Assembly (NCBI GenBank): GCA_963738575.1
Contig: CAVTWY010000002.1
Span: 233,798 to 297,797 of the forward strand
Direction of reading: 5' to 3'
Source of the DNA: an uncultured beta proteobacterium
GTDB taxonomy: Bacteria > Pseudomonadota > Gammaproteobacteria > Burkholderiales > Burkholderiaceae_C
DNA length: 64,000 nucleotides
Shown: positions 29,162 through 39,091 of the stretch, in pieces
Layout of the letters: every line of letters begins with the position of its first letter
Numbering within the stretch: the first letter of the stretch is position 1
Program-made: the position numbers and the translations under genes
Notes under the pieces: generated by a model
What the model saw: only the letters and a program-made list of their open reading frames with translations
The model's database searches: none
What the model was told of the DNA's origin: nothing

Positions 29162-30172
29162 TCAAAGCGGGCTCAAACCGCTGAATGCGTCCATGTATCC
29201 ATACAGCGCGACAGACCCGCCGGTATGCAGGAACACCACGTTCTCACCTTTTTTAAAGTGTCCTTTGCGGCACAAATCAATCAGGCCTGCCATGCCTTTG
29301 CCGGAGTACACCGGGTCGAGCAATATGCCCTCAAGACGCGCCATCATCGTGACTGCTTCAATCATGCCGGGCGTGGGCACGCCGTACCCGCCTCCCACAT
29401 AGTCGCAATTGGCCATGACGCTTTCGCGGCCGACACTGCCAGGAACACCAAGCAATTCAGCGGTTTTGACAGCCAGGTTGTAGACGTTGGCTTCTTGTGC
29501 TTCTTTTGCAGCGCGTACACCGATCCCGAGCACCGGAATCTGGCTGCGCGCACCCTCTAGGCCCACCACCAAGCCCGCTTGCGTGCCCGCGCTGCCCGTG
29601 GCGTGGGTGATGCAGTCGACGCGCAAGTCCTGCGCATTGAACTGGTTCACCATCTCCAAGGCGCAGGTCACGTAACCCAGCGCGCCGATGGGGTTGGAGC
29701 CTCCACCGGGAATGATGTAGGGCTTTTGGCCGCGGGCTTGAAGCTCATCAGCGAGCTTTGTCATGGCGGCGTTCATGTCGGTTCCGCCCGCAACTTCCTT
29801 GACGGTGGCGCCATACAAATGATCAAGAAAAACGTTGCCCGACTTCTTGTAATTCTCGACCTTGAAACCGGTTCGATCTTCAAGCAAGACTTCGCACTTC
29901 ATGCCCATCTTGGCAGCGATCGCAACGGTTTGACGAGCGTGGTTCGATTGCGTCGCGCCCTGCGTGATGATGGTGTCCGCACCGTGTTTGATGGCGTCAG
30001 CCATCAGGAATTCAAGTTTGCGGGTCTTGTTGCCTCCTGATCCAAGCCCTGTGCAGTCGTCGCGCTTGATGTACAGGTTGGGGCCGCCCAAGATTTGCGT
30101 TAGGCGCGGTAGAAATTCAAGCGGTGTTGGGCCATGGGTAATGCGAATGCGGGGGAAATTGGTGAGTTTCAT
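29162..30172 (-). CDS. dcyD: D-cysteine desulfhydrase family PLP enzyme (ACC-deaminase superfamily)
   Basis: 336 aa with the PLP lysine block [12 protein letters not shown]. The C-terminal [15 protein letters not shown] resembles E. coli DcyD (YTGKAMAGLID) rather than the ACC-deaminase YEGKS. Confidence 0.75.
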   Translation of the reverse strand: MKLTNFPRIRITHGPTPLEFLPRLTQILGGPNLYIKRDDCTGLGSGGNKTRKLEFLMADAIKHGADTIITQGATQSNHARQTVAIAAKMGMKCEVLLEDRTGFKVENYKKSGNVFLDHLYGATVKEVAGGTDMNAAMTKLADELQARGQKPYIIPGGGSNPIGALGYVTCALEMVNQFNAQDLRVDCITHATGSAGTQAGLVVGLEGARSQIPVLGIGVRAAKEAQEANVYNLAVKTAELLGVPGSVGRESVMANCDYVGGGYGVPTPGMIEAVTMMARLEGILLDPVYSGKGMAGLIDLCRKGHFKKGENVVFLHTGGSVALYGYMDAFSGLSPL

Positions 30173-30209
30173 GGAGGCCCTTTTTCATTCGTTTTTTCAC
30201 TGATTTGAC

Positions 30210-31073
30210 TCATCCGCGCCCCTTCCAGGGCACCACACGGCGTTCGACAAGACGCACCAAGTGGTCAAAGGCATAGGCAATCGCCGCGATCACCACGATG
30301 CCCATGATGACAATGGGTGTTTGCAAGAATCGTGAAGCAGACAAAACCATGTAGCCCAAGCCGGAGGTGGCAGCAACCATTTCGGCTGCCACCAGGGTTG
30401 TCCAGCCAAACCCGATGCCAACACGCATGGCTGTGAAAATTTCTGGCATGGCAGACGGCAATACAACCAATCGAATCACTTGCCAGCGGGTGGCGCCAAA
30501 CGAATAGGCGGCGTGGATCTGCTCGATTGCCGCCGACTTGACGCCGGCGCGGGCACCCAAAGCCATGGGTGCGAGTACAGAGAGGAAAATCAGCAGAACC
30601 TTTGACAACTCATCGATGCCAAACCAGATGATCATCAAGGGCAAGTAAGCCAGCGGGGGGATCGGCCGGTAAAACTCAATCGGAGGGTCGAAAATACCGC
30701 GCGCAACTGGGCTCATCCCCATGGCAATGCCGAGCGGAATACCGATAACACAAGCAAGCAAGAACGCGCCAAAGACGCGCAAGGTGCTTACCCAGATGTG
30801 TTCCCAAAAACTGGCGCCGGTAAAACCGTCCTTCAAAATACCCAAAAAGGCATCGATCACGCCCATCGGCGAGGGCAAAAAAAGCGGCTTGACAAAGCCA
30901 GCATAAGTTACGAGCCACCACACAAAAATCAAGCCGGCAATAACAACTGCGCTGATCTTGAAGCTCTCGCCTTGGCCCGGCACGCCATAAATTTCGCCGG
31001 GTTTGGCGGGTTTGGCTTTCATGAAGCCAAAGCGTAGCCCGCTGCCATGGGTTGCACGGTTGTTACTCAACAT
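30210..31073 (-). CDS. tauC: Taurine/aliphatic-sulfonate-type ABC permease (TauC-like)
   Basis: Collinear by eye with E. coli TauC (YRPIPPLAYLPLMIIWFGI, GWTTLVAAEMVAATSGLGYMV). The start is at 31073 (11-nt overlap with tauB) or 31022. Confidence 0.8.
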   Translation of the reverse strand: MLSNNRATHGSGLRFGFMKAKPAKPGEIYGVPGQGESFKISAVVIAGLIFVWWLVTYAGFVKPLFLPSPMGVIDAFLGILKDGFTGASFWEHIWVSTLRVFGAFLLACVIGIPLGIAMGMSPVARGIFDPPIEFYRPIPPLAYLPLMIIWFGIDELSKVLLIFLSVLAPMALGARAGVKSAAIEQIHAAYSFGATRWQVIRLVVLPSAMPEIFTAMRVGIGFGWTTLVAAEMVAATSGLGYMVLSASRFLQTPIVIMGIVVIAAIAYAFDHLVRLVERRVVPWKGRG

Positions 31074-31893
31074 GAGCCCCTGCTTCGTCCGTAAAGATGA
31101 TGCGCAAGATGGTCTCCCGCAGGGCAATAAACGCTGCTGACGCTTTGATCTCCCGCGCGTTGCCAGTTTCAAAATAGCGCTGGCTGAACGGCAAATCGAA
31201 AACGTGTGAAATGCGGCCGGGGCGAGGCGACATCACGATCAATTTGGTTCCCATGAACAGCGCCTCTTCAACGCTGTGCGTGATGAAGAACACCATCTTT
31301 CCGGTGTCGCGCCACACTTTCAAAATCAACTCTTGAGCACGCTCGCGTGTCAACGCATCGAGTGCGCCCAAGGGTTCATCCATCAACAAAATGTCGGGGT
31401 CGCTGGTCAGTGCGCGCGCAATGCCAACGCGTTGTTGCATGCCACCCGACAGCTCGTAGGTGGCCGACTGCTCAAACTGCTCAAGCCCAAGCAGCTTGAT
31501 GAAATCCCTGGCAATCTTTTCGCGCTTGTCCTTGCCATGCCCTTGAATTTTCAACCCAAACGCCACGTTGTCCAACACATTCAGCCAAGGCAGCAGGGCG
31601 TGCTTTTGGAACACCACGGAGCGATCAGCGCCGGGGCCATTGACTTCTCTTCCATGGAGAGAAATCTTGCCCTCGCTCGGAGCCATGAATCCTGCGATCA
31701 GGTTTAGCAGGGTTGATTTGCCGCAGCCAGATGCGCCCAGCGCAACCACGAAATCTTTTTCGTGGATCTCAAGGTTGATATTCTTGAGCGCATGCACCGA
31801 TGGCTTACCAGGCACCGGATAGAAAACCGACACATTTTCAATGGCAAGAGCGCTCAAGGGAAGCCTTTGCGTAAGCGTGTGGTGTGCTGACAT
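31063..31893 (-). CDS. tauB: ABC transporter ATP-binding protein (TauB-like)
   Basis: Walker A GASGCGKST, signature LSGGMQQR, Walker B ILLMDEP. Confidence 0.85.
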   Translation of the reverse strand: MSAHHTLTQRLPLSALAIENVSVFYPVPGKPSVHALKNINLEIHEKDFVVALGASGCGKSTLLNLIAGFMAPSEGKISLHGREVNGPGADRSVVFQKHALLPWLNVLDNVAFGLKIQGHGKDKREKIARDFIKLLGLEQFEQSATYELSGGMQQRVGIARALTSDPDILLMDEPLGALDALTRERAQELILKVWRDTGKMVFFITHSVEEALFMGTKLIVMSPRPGRISHVFDLPFSQRYFETGNAREIKASAAFIALRETILRIIFTDEAGAHVE

Positions 31894-31932
31894 GGCTCGC
31901 GCATGTCAGCACCCTCGCAGCAGTTGTTTGGC

Positions 31933-32940
31933 TTACTTCCCGGCAGCAGCTTTGGCAAAGTCTGGGTTGACAAACTTGGAATAGCTGTCGGCTGCAGCGC
32001 CAATGCGGCCAGCACTCTTGAGAAAGTCAGCGGTTGATTTGATGGTCGTGGCAGCGCCACCGCCCATCCAGGCTGGGGACATGTTGAGCTCACCATCGGG
32101 GTAGGCCGCGCCATCCAAGGCTGCAACAACGGCGGCTGGCGTGATGCCAACGTTGGCAGCGACGGCCTTGACTTTTGGCGAGTCGACATTCCACGAAGCT
32201 TTGTTCTTGGTGTAGTCGCCGTTGATCGCATTCATGGCTTTCAGAAAATTGATCAACCCGGCTCGGTTGGCCGCCGAAAACTTGTTGTGCACAACCCAGC
32301 CGTTGAAGGTGGGGAACCCGGTTTTGGCAATCGTGCCGGCAGTCGTCATCACCTTGCCGTTCTCACGGATTTTGGCCTGCACCGGATACCAGACAAAGGC
32401 TGCATCGATCGCGTTTTGGGCCCAAGCTGCGGCGATTTCAGCAGGCGACATGCCGACGACTGTTACGTCCTTTTCGGTCAAGCTGTACATCTTCAACGCG
32501 CCCATCAAGGAGAAGTGCGCTGTAGAACCGATCGGTACCGCAATGCGCTTGCCTTTGAGGTCAGCGGGCTTTTCAATGCCTGAGCCGTTTCGGGTGACCA
32601 GTGCCTCTGAACTGTCGATAATCTTGCCCACGGACATCATCTGGTAGTCCAAACCAGCGCTCAAACCGGCCGACAGCGGCGACGAGCCGAGCTCGGAGAT
32701 CACGATGCCACCGGATGCCATGGCCGCGTTCACTTCGGCGCCCGAGGCAAACTGACGCCACTCAATCGTCCAACCCGTGGCCTTTTCGAGCGTTCCATCA
32801 GCGACGATGGCTTTGTAGGGCGCAGGGTCGCCAAAGTGGCCAATCACCACTTTGGTTTGGGCCACAGCCTGCATGACCAGAGCGAAGGTGAATGCCGTGC
32901 CGATGAGTAATGACTTGGCCAGTTGTTTCATGGTTTCCAT
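31933..32940 (-). CDS. tauA: Periplasmic substrate-binding protein (TauA-like)
   Basis: Signal peptide, then blocks matching E. coli TauA by eye (WRQFASGAEVNAAMASG, ELGSSPL, SEALV, LKGKRIAVPIGSTAHFSLMGALK, AAFVWYP, TADFLK). The substrate is not determinable from sequence. Confidence 0.75.
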   Translation of the reverse strand: METMKQLAKSLLIGTAFTFALVMQAVAQTKVVIGHFGDPAPYKAIVADGTLEKATGWTIEWRQFASGAEVNAAMASGGIVISELGSSPLSAGLSAGLDYQMMSVGKIIDSSEALVTRNGSGIEKPADLKGKRIAVPIGSTAHFSLMGALKMYSLTEKDVTVVGMSPAEIAAAWAQNAIDAAFVWYPVQAKIRENGKVMTTAGTIAKTGFPTFNGWVVHNKFSAANRAGLINFLKAMNAINGDYTKNKASWNVDSPKVKAVAANVGITPAAVVAALDGAAYPDGELNMSPAWMGGGAATTIKSTADFLKSAGRIGAAADSYSKFVNPDFAKAAAGK

Positions 32941-33142
32941 CCAGTAAGTGAGGTTGCAGACAATGTTGGGCTGGGTAGAGGCTCATTTGCCGTTGAGCAA
33001 GTGGCCTTGCCAAATACTATGCACAACAAGTTTCCTGAAGTAGGGCCAGAACAGTTTCGTTTTGGTGCCAGAATGTGAAACGAGTTGATCTTCACCAACC
33101 GCCATTCGTGCGAGCTCGGACGGATGAGGGCACACCCGGCCG

Positions 33143-34675
33143 ATGCCCTACTCGGCGTGGGCCACAAGCGATCAAAGCATGAGACAACGGCAGGAGATCA
33201 CCGGTATCTGGGCCAAACTGTTCCCTCAGTTCTCGGGGACCAGCGGCACGTTGCAAGGCCAGGTCAAGGAGATGATGGTGCACGCCATCATGATGGGCTT
33301 CGTACCTGCCGACGCCAAAGTTCCAACCAGTCGGGCGTTGGCTACTGCGCTGGGTCTATCGCGCAACACCGTGTTATTGGCAATGCAGGTGTTGGTGGAA
33401 AAAGGCTTTCTGATCGGAGCTCCCCGCAGTGGCCTTGTGGTCAACGGCGACATCCTTTTGGGCCAAGCTGTGCAATCTTCGGCTCATGCGCCCGCGCCCA
33501 CTGGACTTCAGTGGGATGCGCGGCTGCTTTCCCGGGCAAGCCTCCAACGCAACATCGTCAAGCCGGTCAACTGGCAGGATTTTGCTTATCCATTTGTTTA
33601 TGGCCAGTTTGATAGCAGCCTGTTGCCTTTGAGGGACTGGCGCGCCTGCGCACGCCAGGCTCTGTTTGTGCCGGCAGTTAAAAAATGGGCACAGGACCAC
33701 ATCAACCAAGACTCCGATTCATTGCTGGACCAAATTCAGCATCGACTGCTGCCCGCTCGCGGCATCATGGCCAAGCGTGATGAGATTTTGATCACGGCTG
33801 GTGCACAAATGGCGTGCTACTTGTTGGCCAATGTCTTGCTGGACCGCAAGACAGTCGTGGGTATCGAGGACCCAGGCTATCCAGATGCGCGCAACAATTT
33901 TTTGCTTCGTACGGATCATGTTAGGGCGTTACCGATTGATGCTGATGGCTTGATTGCTTCGCGCGCGATGCGCCAGTGCGCCTACGTGTATGTCACGCCC
34001 AGTCACCAATGTCCGACGACGGTCACGATGCCTCTGGTGCGCAGGCAAGAGATTCTGGCGTTGGCCAAGAAAAGTGACATGGTCCTGTTCGAAGATGATC
34101 ACGAGAGCGAGCTCAATTTTTCTGGCAGGCCACTGCCCGCGCTAAAGAGTCTGGACACGGATGGGCGGGTCATCTATCTGGGTAGCTTGTCCAAAACCTT
34201 GGTGCGCGGTTTGCGGATTGGCTACATCGTGGCACCGGCAGAGCTGGTACGCGAGCTGCGTGCCTTGAGGCGCCTCATCATCAGGCACACGCCGTCCAAC
34301 AATGCTCACACGGCCAGTCTGTTCATTGCGCAGGGGCACCACGACGCATTCATTCGCAAGCTGAACCTCACCTACCGGGAGCGGCGTGAGTTGCTGACAA
34401 GGGCGTTAGCAAAATACTTGCCGCAGTTTCACATCATGCCGTCCCTGGGTGGCTCAGGGGCATGGATTCAAGGGCCCGACGGATTGAACGCCCAGACGCT
34501 GGCCGACCGCTGCGCTGCGCGCAGCGTGCTGATTGAGCCGGGCGACATCTTCTTTAAAAGAACCTCGCTTGCAAGTCAATCGTATTTGCGTTTAGGCTAC
34601 GCTGCCATACCGAGCAACTTGATCGATGCAGGGGTGCAAGAACTTGCGCGTGCGTTCGATTCGATTCGGCCCTAG
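33143..34675 (+). CDS. MocR-subfamily GntR regulator (wHTH fused to an aminotransferase-like PLP domain), TauR/PdxR-like
   Basis: N-terminal wHTH (VPTSRALATALGLSRNTVLLAMQVLVEKGFL) and a fold-type I domain with the SLSKTL PLP-lysine block. It is divergent from the tauA-like operon. Confidence 0.85.
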   Translation: MPYSAWATSDQSMRQRQEITGIWAKLFPQFSGTSGTLQGQVKEMMVHAIMMGFVPADAKVPTSRALATALGLSRNTVLLAMQVLVEKGFLIGAPRSGLVVNGDILLGQAVQSSAHAPAPTGLQWDARLLSRASLQRNIVKPVNWQDFAYPFVYGQFDSSLLPLRDWRACARQALFVPAVKKWAQDHINQDSDSLLDQIQHRLLPARGIMAKRDEILITAGAQMACYLLANVLLDRKTVVGIEDPGYPDARNNFLLRTDHVRALPIDADGLIASRAMRQCAYVYVTPSHQCPTTVTMPLVRRQEILALAKKSDMVLFEDDHESELNFSGRPLPALKSLDTDGRVIYLGSLSKTLVRGLRIGYIVAPAELVRELRALRRLIIRHTPSNNAHTASLFIAQGHHDAFIRKLNLTYRERRELLTRALAKYLPQFHIMPSLGGSGAWIQGPDGLNAQTLADRCAARSVLIEPGDIFFKRTSLASQSYLRLGYAAIPSNLIDAGVQELARAFDSIRP

Positions 34676-34686
34676 GCCGAACTGCG

Positions 34687-35943
34687 TCAAAGATCGCTCG
34701 CCATTCGTTGCGCCAGCCGCACCAATGCCCTGTCGCTGCCCGCCGGGCCCAGCAAAGACAAGCCAAGCGGTGCGCCCAGACGCTGACCCAGTGGAAGCGA
34801 AACCTGCGGAAAACCCGACAGGCCAGCCAGACACAACATTTGAATGGATCGGTTGCGATAGCTTTCCAGCTTGTCTCCGCTATCGCCCACCAATGGTGCA
34901 ATGTCGGCGACGGTTGGCATGATCAGCACGCCGTCACTAGCCAGCAACGTGGCCAGATGCGTTTTCAGCTTTGCGCGGTAGGCGACGGCTGCGGCAAGCT
35001 GAGCGTCAGTCACTGATTTTGACCAGGCAAAGCGTTCGGCAATGCCGGAGCCCAATGGCGGGCAAAAACGCTCAAGAAAAGAGCCATGCACTGCCCACGC
35101 CTCGTGCCCCTGTATGTGCCGAAAGCTCCAGTACGCAGCGTCGCTGCTGTCCAAAACAACCTGCATGTCAACCGCTTTTCCTAGGGCTGCTTCAACGCGT
35201 GCTAGTGGACCAGCTTGCGCTGCGGCCACTTCGTCGTCCAGCATGGCCCAGATGTCGAGCGGTTTGAGAAGCCTCACGTTTGATGGCATGGCGTTTCGGT
35301 CTTCGCCCAGCAAAACGGCAGACACACGTGCAAACGTTGCAGCATCGCGCGCCAAGTAGCCGCACGTGTCGAGGCTAGGCGACAAAGCCAGAACACCTGC
35401 CAAGTTGACCCGCCCATGCGTGGGTCGAATGCCGTACAAGCCGCAGTGGTTGGCGGGTGCACGAATGGAGCCACCTGTATCGCTGCCTAAAGCGAAGTCG
35501 CACAAGTTGTTTGACACCGCCGATGCAGAACCCGACGACGATCCACCAGCAATCCGGTTGGGCACGGCGCCATTGATCGGTGCACCAAAGTGTGCGTTGT
35601 TGCCGTTCATGGAAAACGCCAGCTCGTCCGTCACGGTTTTACCAACAAACCTTGCACCCGCATCCAGCAGCTGCTGCACAGCAGGGGCTGTGCTTTTCTT
35701 GATGCCCGACATGGCCAAGACGATCGGCTGACCGCCACCGGTTGGATAGCCGGCCACATCGAATAAATCCTTGACGCCGAAGCTGAGTCCTGACAATGGA
35801 CCCAAAAGAGCGTGGGGTACAGGCGAGTCTGGGTAGGGCAAGAAGGCGCGGGTTGTGTCGTTGGTGGCTGGCATGGTCTTGGGCTCCGCAACTGAAACAA
35901 TGGAGAGATTAGCAAGCACGCTGCTGGCGTTGGTCTGCACCAA
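34687..35943 (-). CDS. Amidase (amidase-signature family)
   Basis: AS-family core GGSSSGSASAV plus GSDTGGSIRAPA. The start is possibly at 35874 (MPATNDTT). Confidence 0.9.
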   Translation of the reverse strand: MVQTNASSVLANLSIVSVAEPKTMPATNDTTRAFLPYPDSPVPHALLGPLSGLSFGVKDLFDVAGYPTGGGQPIVLAMSGIKKSTAPAVQQLLDAGARFVGKTVTDELAFSMNGNNAHFGAPINGAVPNRIAGGSSSGSASAVSNNLCDFALGSDTGGSIRAPANHCGLYGIRPTHGRVNLAGVLALSPSLDTCGYLARDAATFARVSAVLLGEDRNAMPSNVRLLKPLDIWAMLDDEVAAAQAGPLARVEAALGKAVDMQVVLDSSDAAYWSFRHIQGHEAWAVHGSFLERFCPPLGSGIAERFAWSKSVTDAQLAAAVAYRAKLKTHLATLLASDGVLIMPTVADIAPLVGDSGDKLESYRNRSIQMLCLAGLSGFPQVSLPLGQRLGAPLGLSLLGPAGSDRALVRLAQRMASDL

Positions 35944-35991
35944 GCCCTTGCCAGCCGCCGCGCGCTGGCGACCCTTCGTTGGCCGTTCGGC

Positions 35992-36189
35992 TCAAAACCG
36001 ATAGAAGGACAGCGCGTTCACCTTGCCAATGCGATTCAGATTAGTGGCGGATGTCCAAGCCTGGAACAGACGAACCAGCGCGGCGGTTGATGGTCTGGTG
36101 CCCGATGGCTTGGTGTGCGGCCAGTCGGAACCCCAGAGCAGGCGATCAGGGCCTACAGCCAGCGGGCTCGTGGTTTGGCCGCCCGGCAC
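35992..36189 (-). pseudogene. C-terminal stub of an amidohydrolase_2 (LigI/PDC-hydrolase-like) gene
   Basis: Only about 60 codons remain: PDRLLWGSDWPHTKP...IGKVNALSFYRF, the conserved C-terminal end of this family. It abuts the stop of the upstream dehydrogenase gene, and no N-terminal part is present. Confidence 0.6.
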
Positions 36190-36201
36190 GCCACGGCAGC
36201 G

Positions 36202-37125
36202 TCAGCCGCGCAGCACGGCCAGCGCGTTCTGAGCTGCGGCCACGCCCATCTTCACGTAGGCATCGGCGGTCACGCCACCGATGTGCGGGCTGAGCGTGAT
36301 GCGCGCCTCGCCATGGAAGGGGTGCGGTGCGGTCATCGGCTCCACCGCGAAACTGTCCAGCCCGGCGCTCGCAACTTGGCCGCTGCGCACGGCGTTCAGC
36401 AGCGCCGTCTCGTCGATCAGTCCGCCCCGGGCCGTGTTGACGATGATCACGCCGTGCTTGCAGGCCGCCAGCGTCTGCGCGTTGAGCAGCCTGGCGTTCT
36501 CGGGTACCAGTGGGCAGTGCAGCGAGATTGCGTCGGACTCGCGCCAAATCGTGGCCAGTTCCACACGTTCGATGTGGGGTGGAAGGTTCTTGGCGAAAGG
36601 GTCAAAGCCGAGTACGCGCATGCCCATGGCGTTTGCCATGCGCGCAAACCGCAGCCCGATCGCGCCCAGTCCGACAACGCCAACCGTTCGGCCCTCAAGC
36701 TCGACGCTCTTGTGCGTGGCCTTGTCCCAATGGCCCTGGTGCATGCGGGTGTTGAGCGCGACGACCGACTTGGCACCGGCCAGCAGCAAGGCCATCGCTT
36801 GCTCGGCAACTGCTGCGGCGTTGGCACCCACCGCCGCGACGACCTCGATGCCACGTGCTGCAGCGGCCTGCTTGTCGATGGTGTCGGTGCCGCTGCCGTG
36901 CTTGGAGATCACCTTCAGACGTGGCGCCGCGTCCATGGCGGCAGCGCCCACTTTGCTGTAGCGAACAATGATGGCCACAGGGTCGTGTGCCTTGCACAGC
37001 GCAACGATGTCGGCCTCGGTGGGCGTCTTGCCGGCGTAGACAACGTCGTAGTCTTGCAGCAGCGCCAGGGCCGCGCTGGCGAGATCGCTTCCGGTAACCA
37101 GAAAGGTCGGCCGATTCGTGCTCAT
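36202..37125 (-). CDS. D-isomer-specific 2-hydroxyacid dehydrogenase (PGDH-like)
   Basis: NAD fold GVVGLGAIGLRFARMANAMGMRVLGFD, then NTARGGLIDE and a catalytic His block SPHIGG. Confidence 0.88.
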   Translation of the reverse strand: MSTNRPTFLVTGSDLASAALALLQDYDVVYAGKTPTEADIVALCKAHDPVAIIVRYSKVGAAAMDAAPRLKVISKHGSGTDTIDKQAAAARGIEVVAAVGANAAAVAEQAMALLLAGAKSVVALNTRMHQGHWDKATHKSVELEGRTVGVVGLGAIGLRFARMANAMGMRVLGFDPFAKNLPPHIERVELATIWRESDAISLHCPLVPENARLLNAQTLAACKHGVIIVNTARGGLIDETALLNAVRSGQVASAGLDSFAVEPMTAPHPFHGEARITLSPHIGGVTADAYVKMGVAAAQNALAVLRG

Positions 37126-37186
37126 TGACAAACCTCCGCGCTTCGCGCCGCGGTGCAAGTGCCCTTCGGGGCGGCCGGGCGGGCGC

Positions 37187-37885
37187 TCACAGCGTCTCGC
37201 CTTCCTTGATCACGCCGGCCGCGCGCAGCGCGCCGTCAAGCCAAGCAGGGCGCAAGGCCTTGCGGCTCTTGATGTCGGCGATGCGCTTGGTCTCGGCGGC
37301 AACCTTTTCGGCCGCCAGCGGCAACATGGCAGCGGCCTTGTCACGCTCGATGACGGTCACGCCGTCGGCATCGCCGACAACCAGGTCGCCCGGATTGACA
37401 CTGACGCCGCCGATCGAGATCGGGTGATTCAGGCGGCCGGAGACCGATTTTGTCGGTCCATTCGGGTTGAGCCCAGCGGCATACATCGGAAAGCCCAGCT
37501 CTCGGATGGCTTCGCTGTCACGCACTGCGCCGTCGATGACCACGCCGACGACGCCGAGCGCTACACACTGCTGCGACATGATCTCGCCCATCAGCGCGCT
37601 GCTCAGATCGCCCTTGCCATCGATCATCAGCACGTCGCCGGGCTGGGCGATGGCCATGGCGGCATGGATCATCAGGTTGTCGCCAGGGCGCACCTCGACC
37701 GTGATGGCTGGTCCGGCAAAGCGCATCGATGGCGCCAGCGGCGCGATGCGCCCGCTCAATGCACCGCGGCGTCCAGCCACGTCGGCCAGGATAGAGGAGG
37801 GGTAGGCGGCAGCTTTTGCGACGGTGGCGGCGTCGACGCGCTTGATCTCGCGGATCACGTCGGGCAATGCGGCGGTTTGACTCAT
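37187..37885 (-). CDS. RraA-family protein / 4-hydroxy-4-methyl-2-oxoglutarate aldolase-like
   Basis: RraA/HMG-aldolase blocks GDVLMIDG, GEIMSQQCVALGVVGVVIDGAVRD and VNPGDLVVGDADGV. Confidence 0.8.
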   Translation of the reverse strand: MSQTAALPDVIREIKRVDAATVAKAAAYPSSILADVAGRRGALSGRIAPLAPSMRFAGPAITVEVRPGDNLMIHAAMAIAQPGDVLMIDGKGDLSSALMGEIMSQQCVALGVVGVVIDGAVRDSEAIRELGFPMYAAGLNPNGPTKSVSGRLNHPISIGGVSVNPGDLVVGDADGVTVIERDKAAAMLPLAAEKVAAETKRIADIKSRKALRPAWLDGALRAAGVIKEGETL

Positions 37886-37965
37886 GGGAATCTCCTGAAA
37901 GTAGGGTGGTGTTAACCGGTGCAGTGGCAACTGGCCCAGTCGCCCGGCTCAGGCGAAGGAGACGA

Positions 37966-38946
37966 TCAGTCGACCTTCGCGCCCGACTCCTTGACGACCT
38001 TGCCCCAACGCGGAATGTCGTCCCTGATCACGGCGGCGAACTGCTCGGGTGTGCCACCCGCTGGGTCGGCACCTTGGTCGCCGAGTGACTTGCGCAAGTC
38101 AGCGTTTTGCAGCGCCTTGTTGAATTCGGCATTGAGCCTGGCGACCACTTCTTTCGGCGTTCCGGCGGGCGCCAGCAAACCAAACCACGTCACGGCGTCA
38201 AAACCCGCGTAGCCTGATTCATTGATGGTTGGCACGTTTGGCAGGTCGTCCACCCGCTTGGCCGAGGTGACGGCCAGGGGCCGAAGCTTGTTGTTGCGGA
38301 TCTGGCCGATGAGGGTCGGCACCGAGGACATGTACAACTCGACGGTGCCACCGATGACGTCGGTCAGCGCTTGCGCTGCGCCTTTGTAGGGAATGTGCTG
38401 CGTCTGGATACCGGCTGCCTTCTGAAACATGACGCTTGTGAGATGGGCAACCGTGCCGTTGCCCGGCGAGGCGAAGTTCAGCGTGCCCGGCTTGGCCTTG
38501 GCCGCACCCACCGCATCGGCCAAGGTCTTCAGCGGCGTGCCGACGCCCGTGACCATCACCAGGGGCGCGTTGGCCAGCAGCACGATGGGCGCCAGGTCCT
38601 TCTGGGAGTCGTACGGCATCTTGGCGTACAGCGTCGGGTTGATCGCGAGGTTGCTGGTCTGCCCGATCACGATCGTGTAGCCGTCAGCCGGTGACTTGGC
38701 CACCGCGTCAACGCCGAGGTTTCCGCCTGCTCCGGGTTTGTTGTCGATCACGAAGGTCCAGCCGGTTGCAGCGGCGACCTTCTGACTCGTCTCGCGGGCG
38801 ATGGTGTCGGTGCCGCCGCCGGGTGGGAAGGGCACGACAATGCGAATCGGCTTGGTAGGGTAAGCCTGTGCTTGCGCACCAGCGCAGAAGACCGCGCCAG
38901 CGATCGCAGTCGTGATGGCCAGCAGGTGGCGTCGTGAAGTGTTCAT
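37966..38946 (-). CDS. Bug-family (TctC-like) tripartite tricarboxylate transporter substrate-binding protein
   Basis: Tat/Sec-like signal MNTSRRHLLAI...AQA, then YPTKPIRIVVPFPPGGGTDTIAR, the Bug-family signature. Confidence 0.9.
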   Translation of the reverse strand: MNTSRRHLLAITTAIAGAVFCAGAQAQAYPTKPIRIVVPFPPGGGTDTIARETSQKVAAATGWTFVIDNKPGAGGNLGVDAVAKSPADGYTIVIGQTSNLAINPTLYAKMPYDSQKDLAPIVLLANAPLVMVTGVGTPLKTLADAVGAAKAKPGTLNFASPGNGTVAHLTSVMFQKAAGIQTQHIPYKGAAQALTDVIGGTVELYMSSVPTLIGQIRNNKLRPLAVTSAKRVDDLPNVPTINESGYAGFDAVTWFGLLAPAGTPKEVVARLNAEFNKALQNADLRKSLGDQGADPAGGTPEQFAAVIRDDIPRWGKVVKESGAKVD

Positions 38947-39091
38947 GTCTGTCTCCGTCGGGACTGGATGGCTGCGACATGCAGGCACCCTGGCTTTGTA
39001 GGTTGGAGTATTGAGGCCGTGACAGATACAGTCCAATCGATAGTTTCTTTCGATTCATTCACAGGGCTTTTGCAATAAGATGGTTGGATCC

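Noticed and set aside
29162-30172. ACC deaminase call for the PLP enzyme
   Set aside because: The discriminating C-terminal block reads DPVYSGKG, not the YEGKS of true ACC deaminases. It is closer to E. coli DcyD (YTGKA), so I call it D-cysteine-desulfhydrase-like instead.
36115-37128. 337-aa plus-strand ORF
   Set aside because: It is antisense to the 2-hydroxyacid dehydrogenase gene, which has an NAD-binding fold and catalytic His block.
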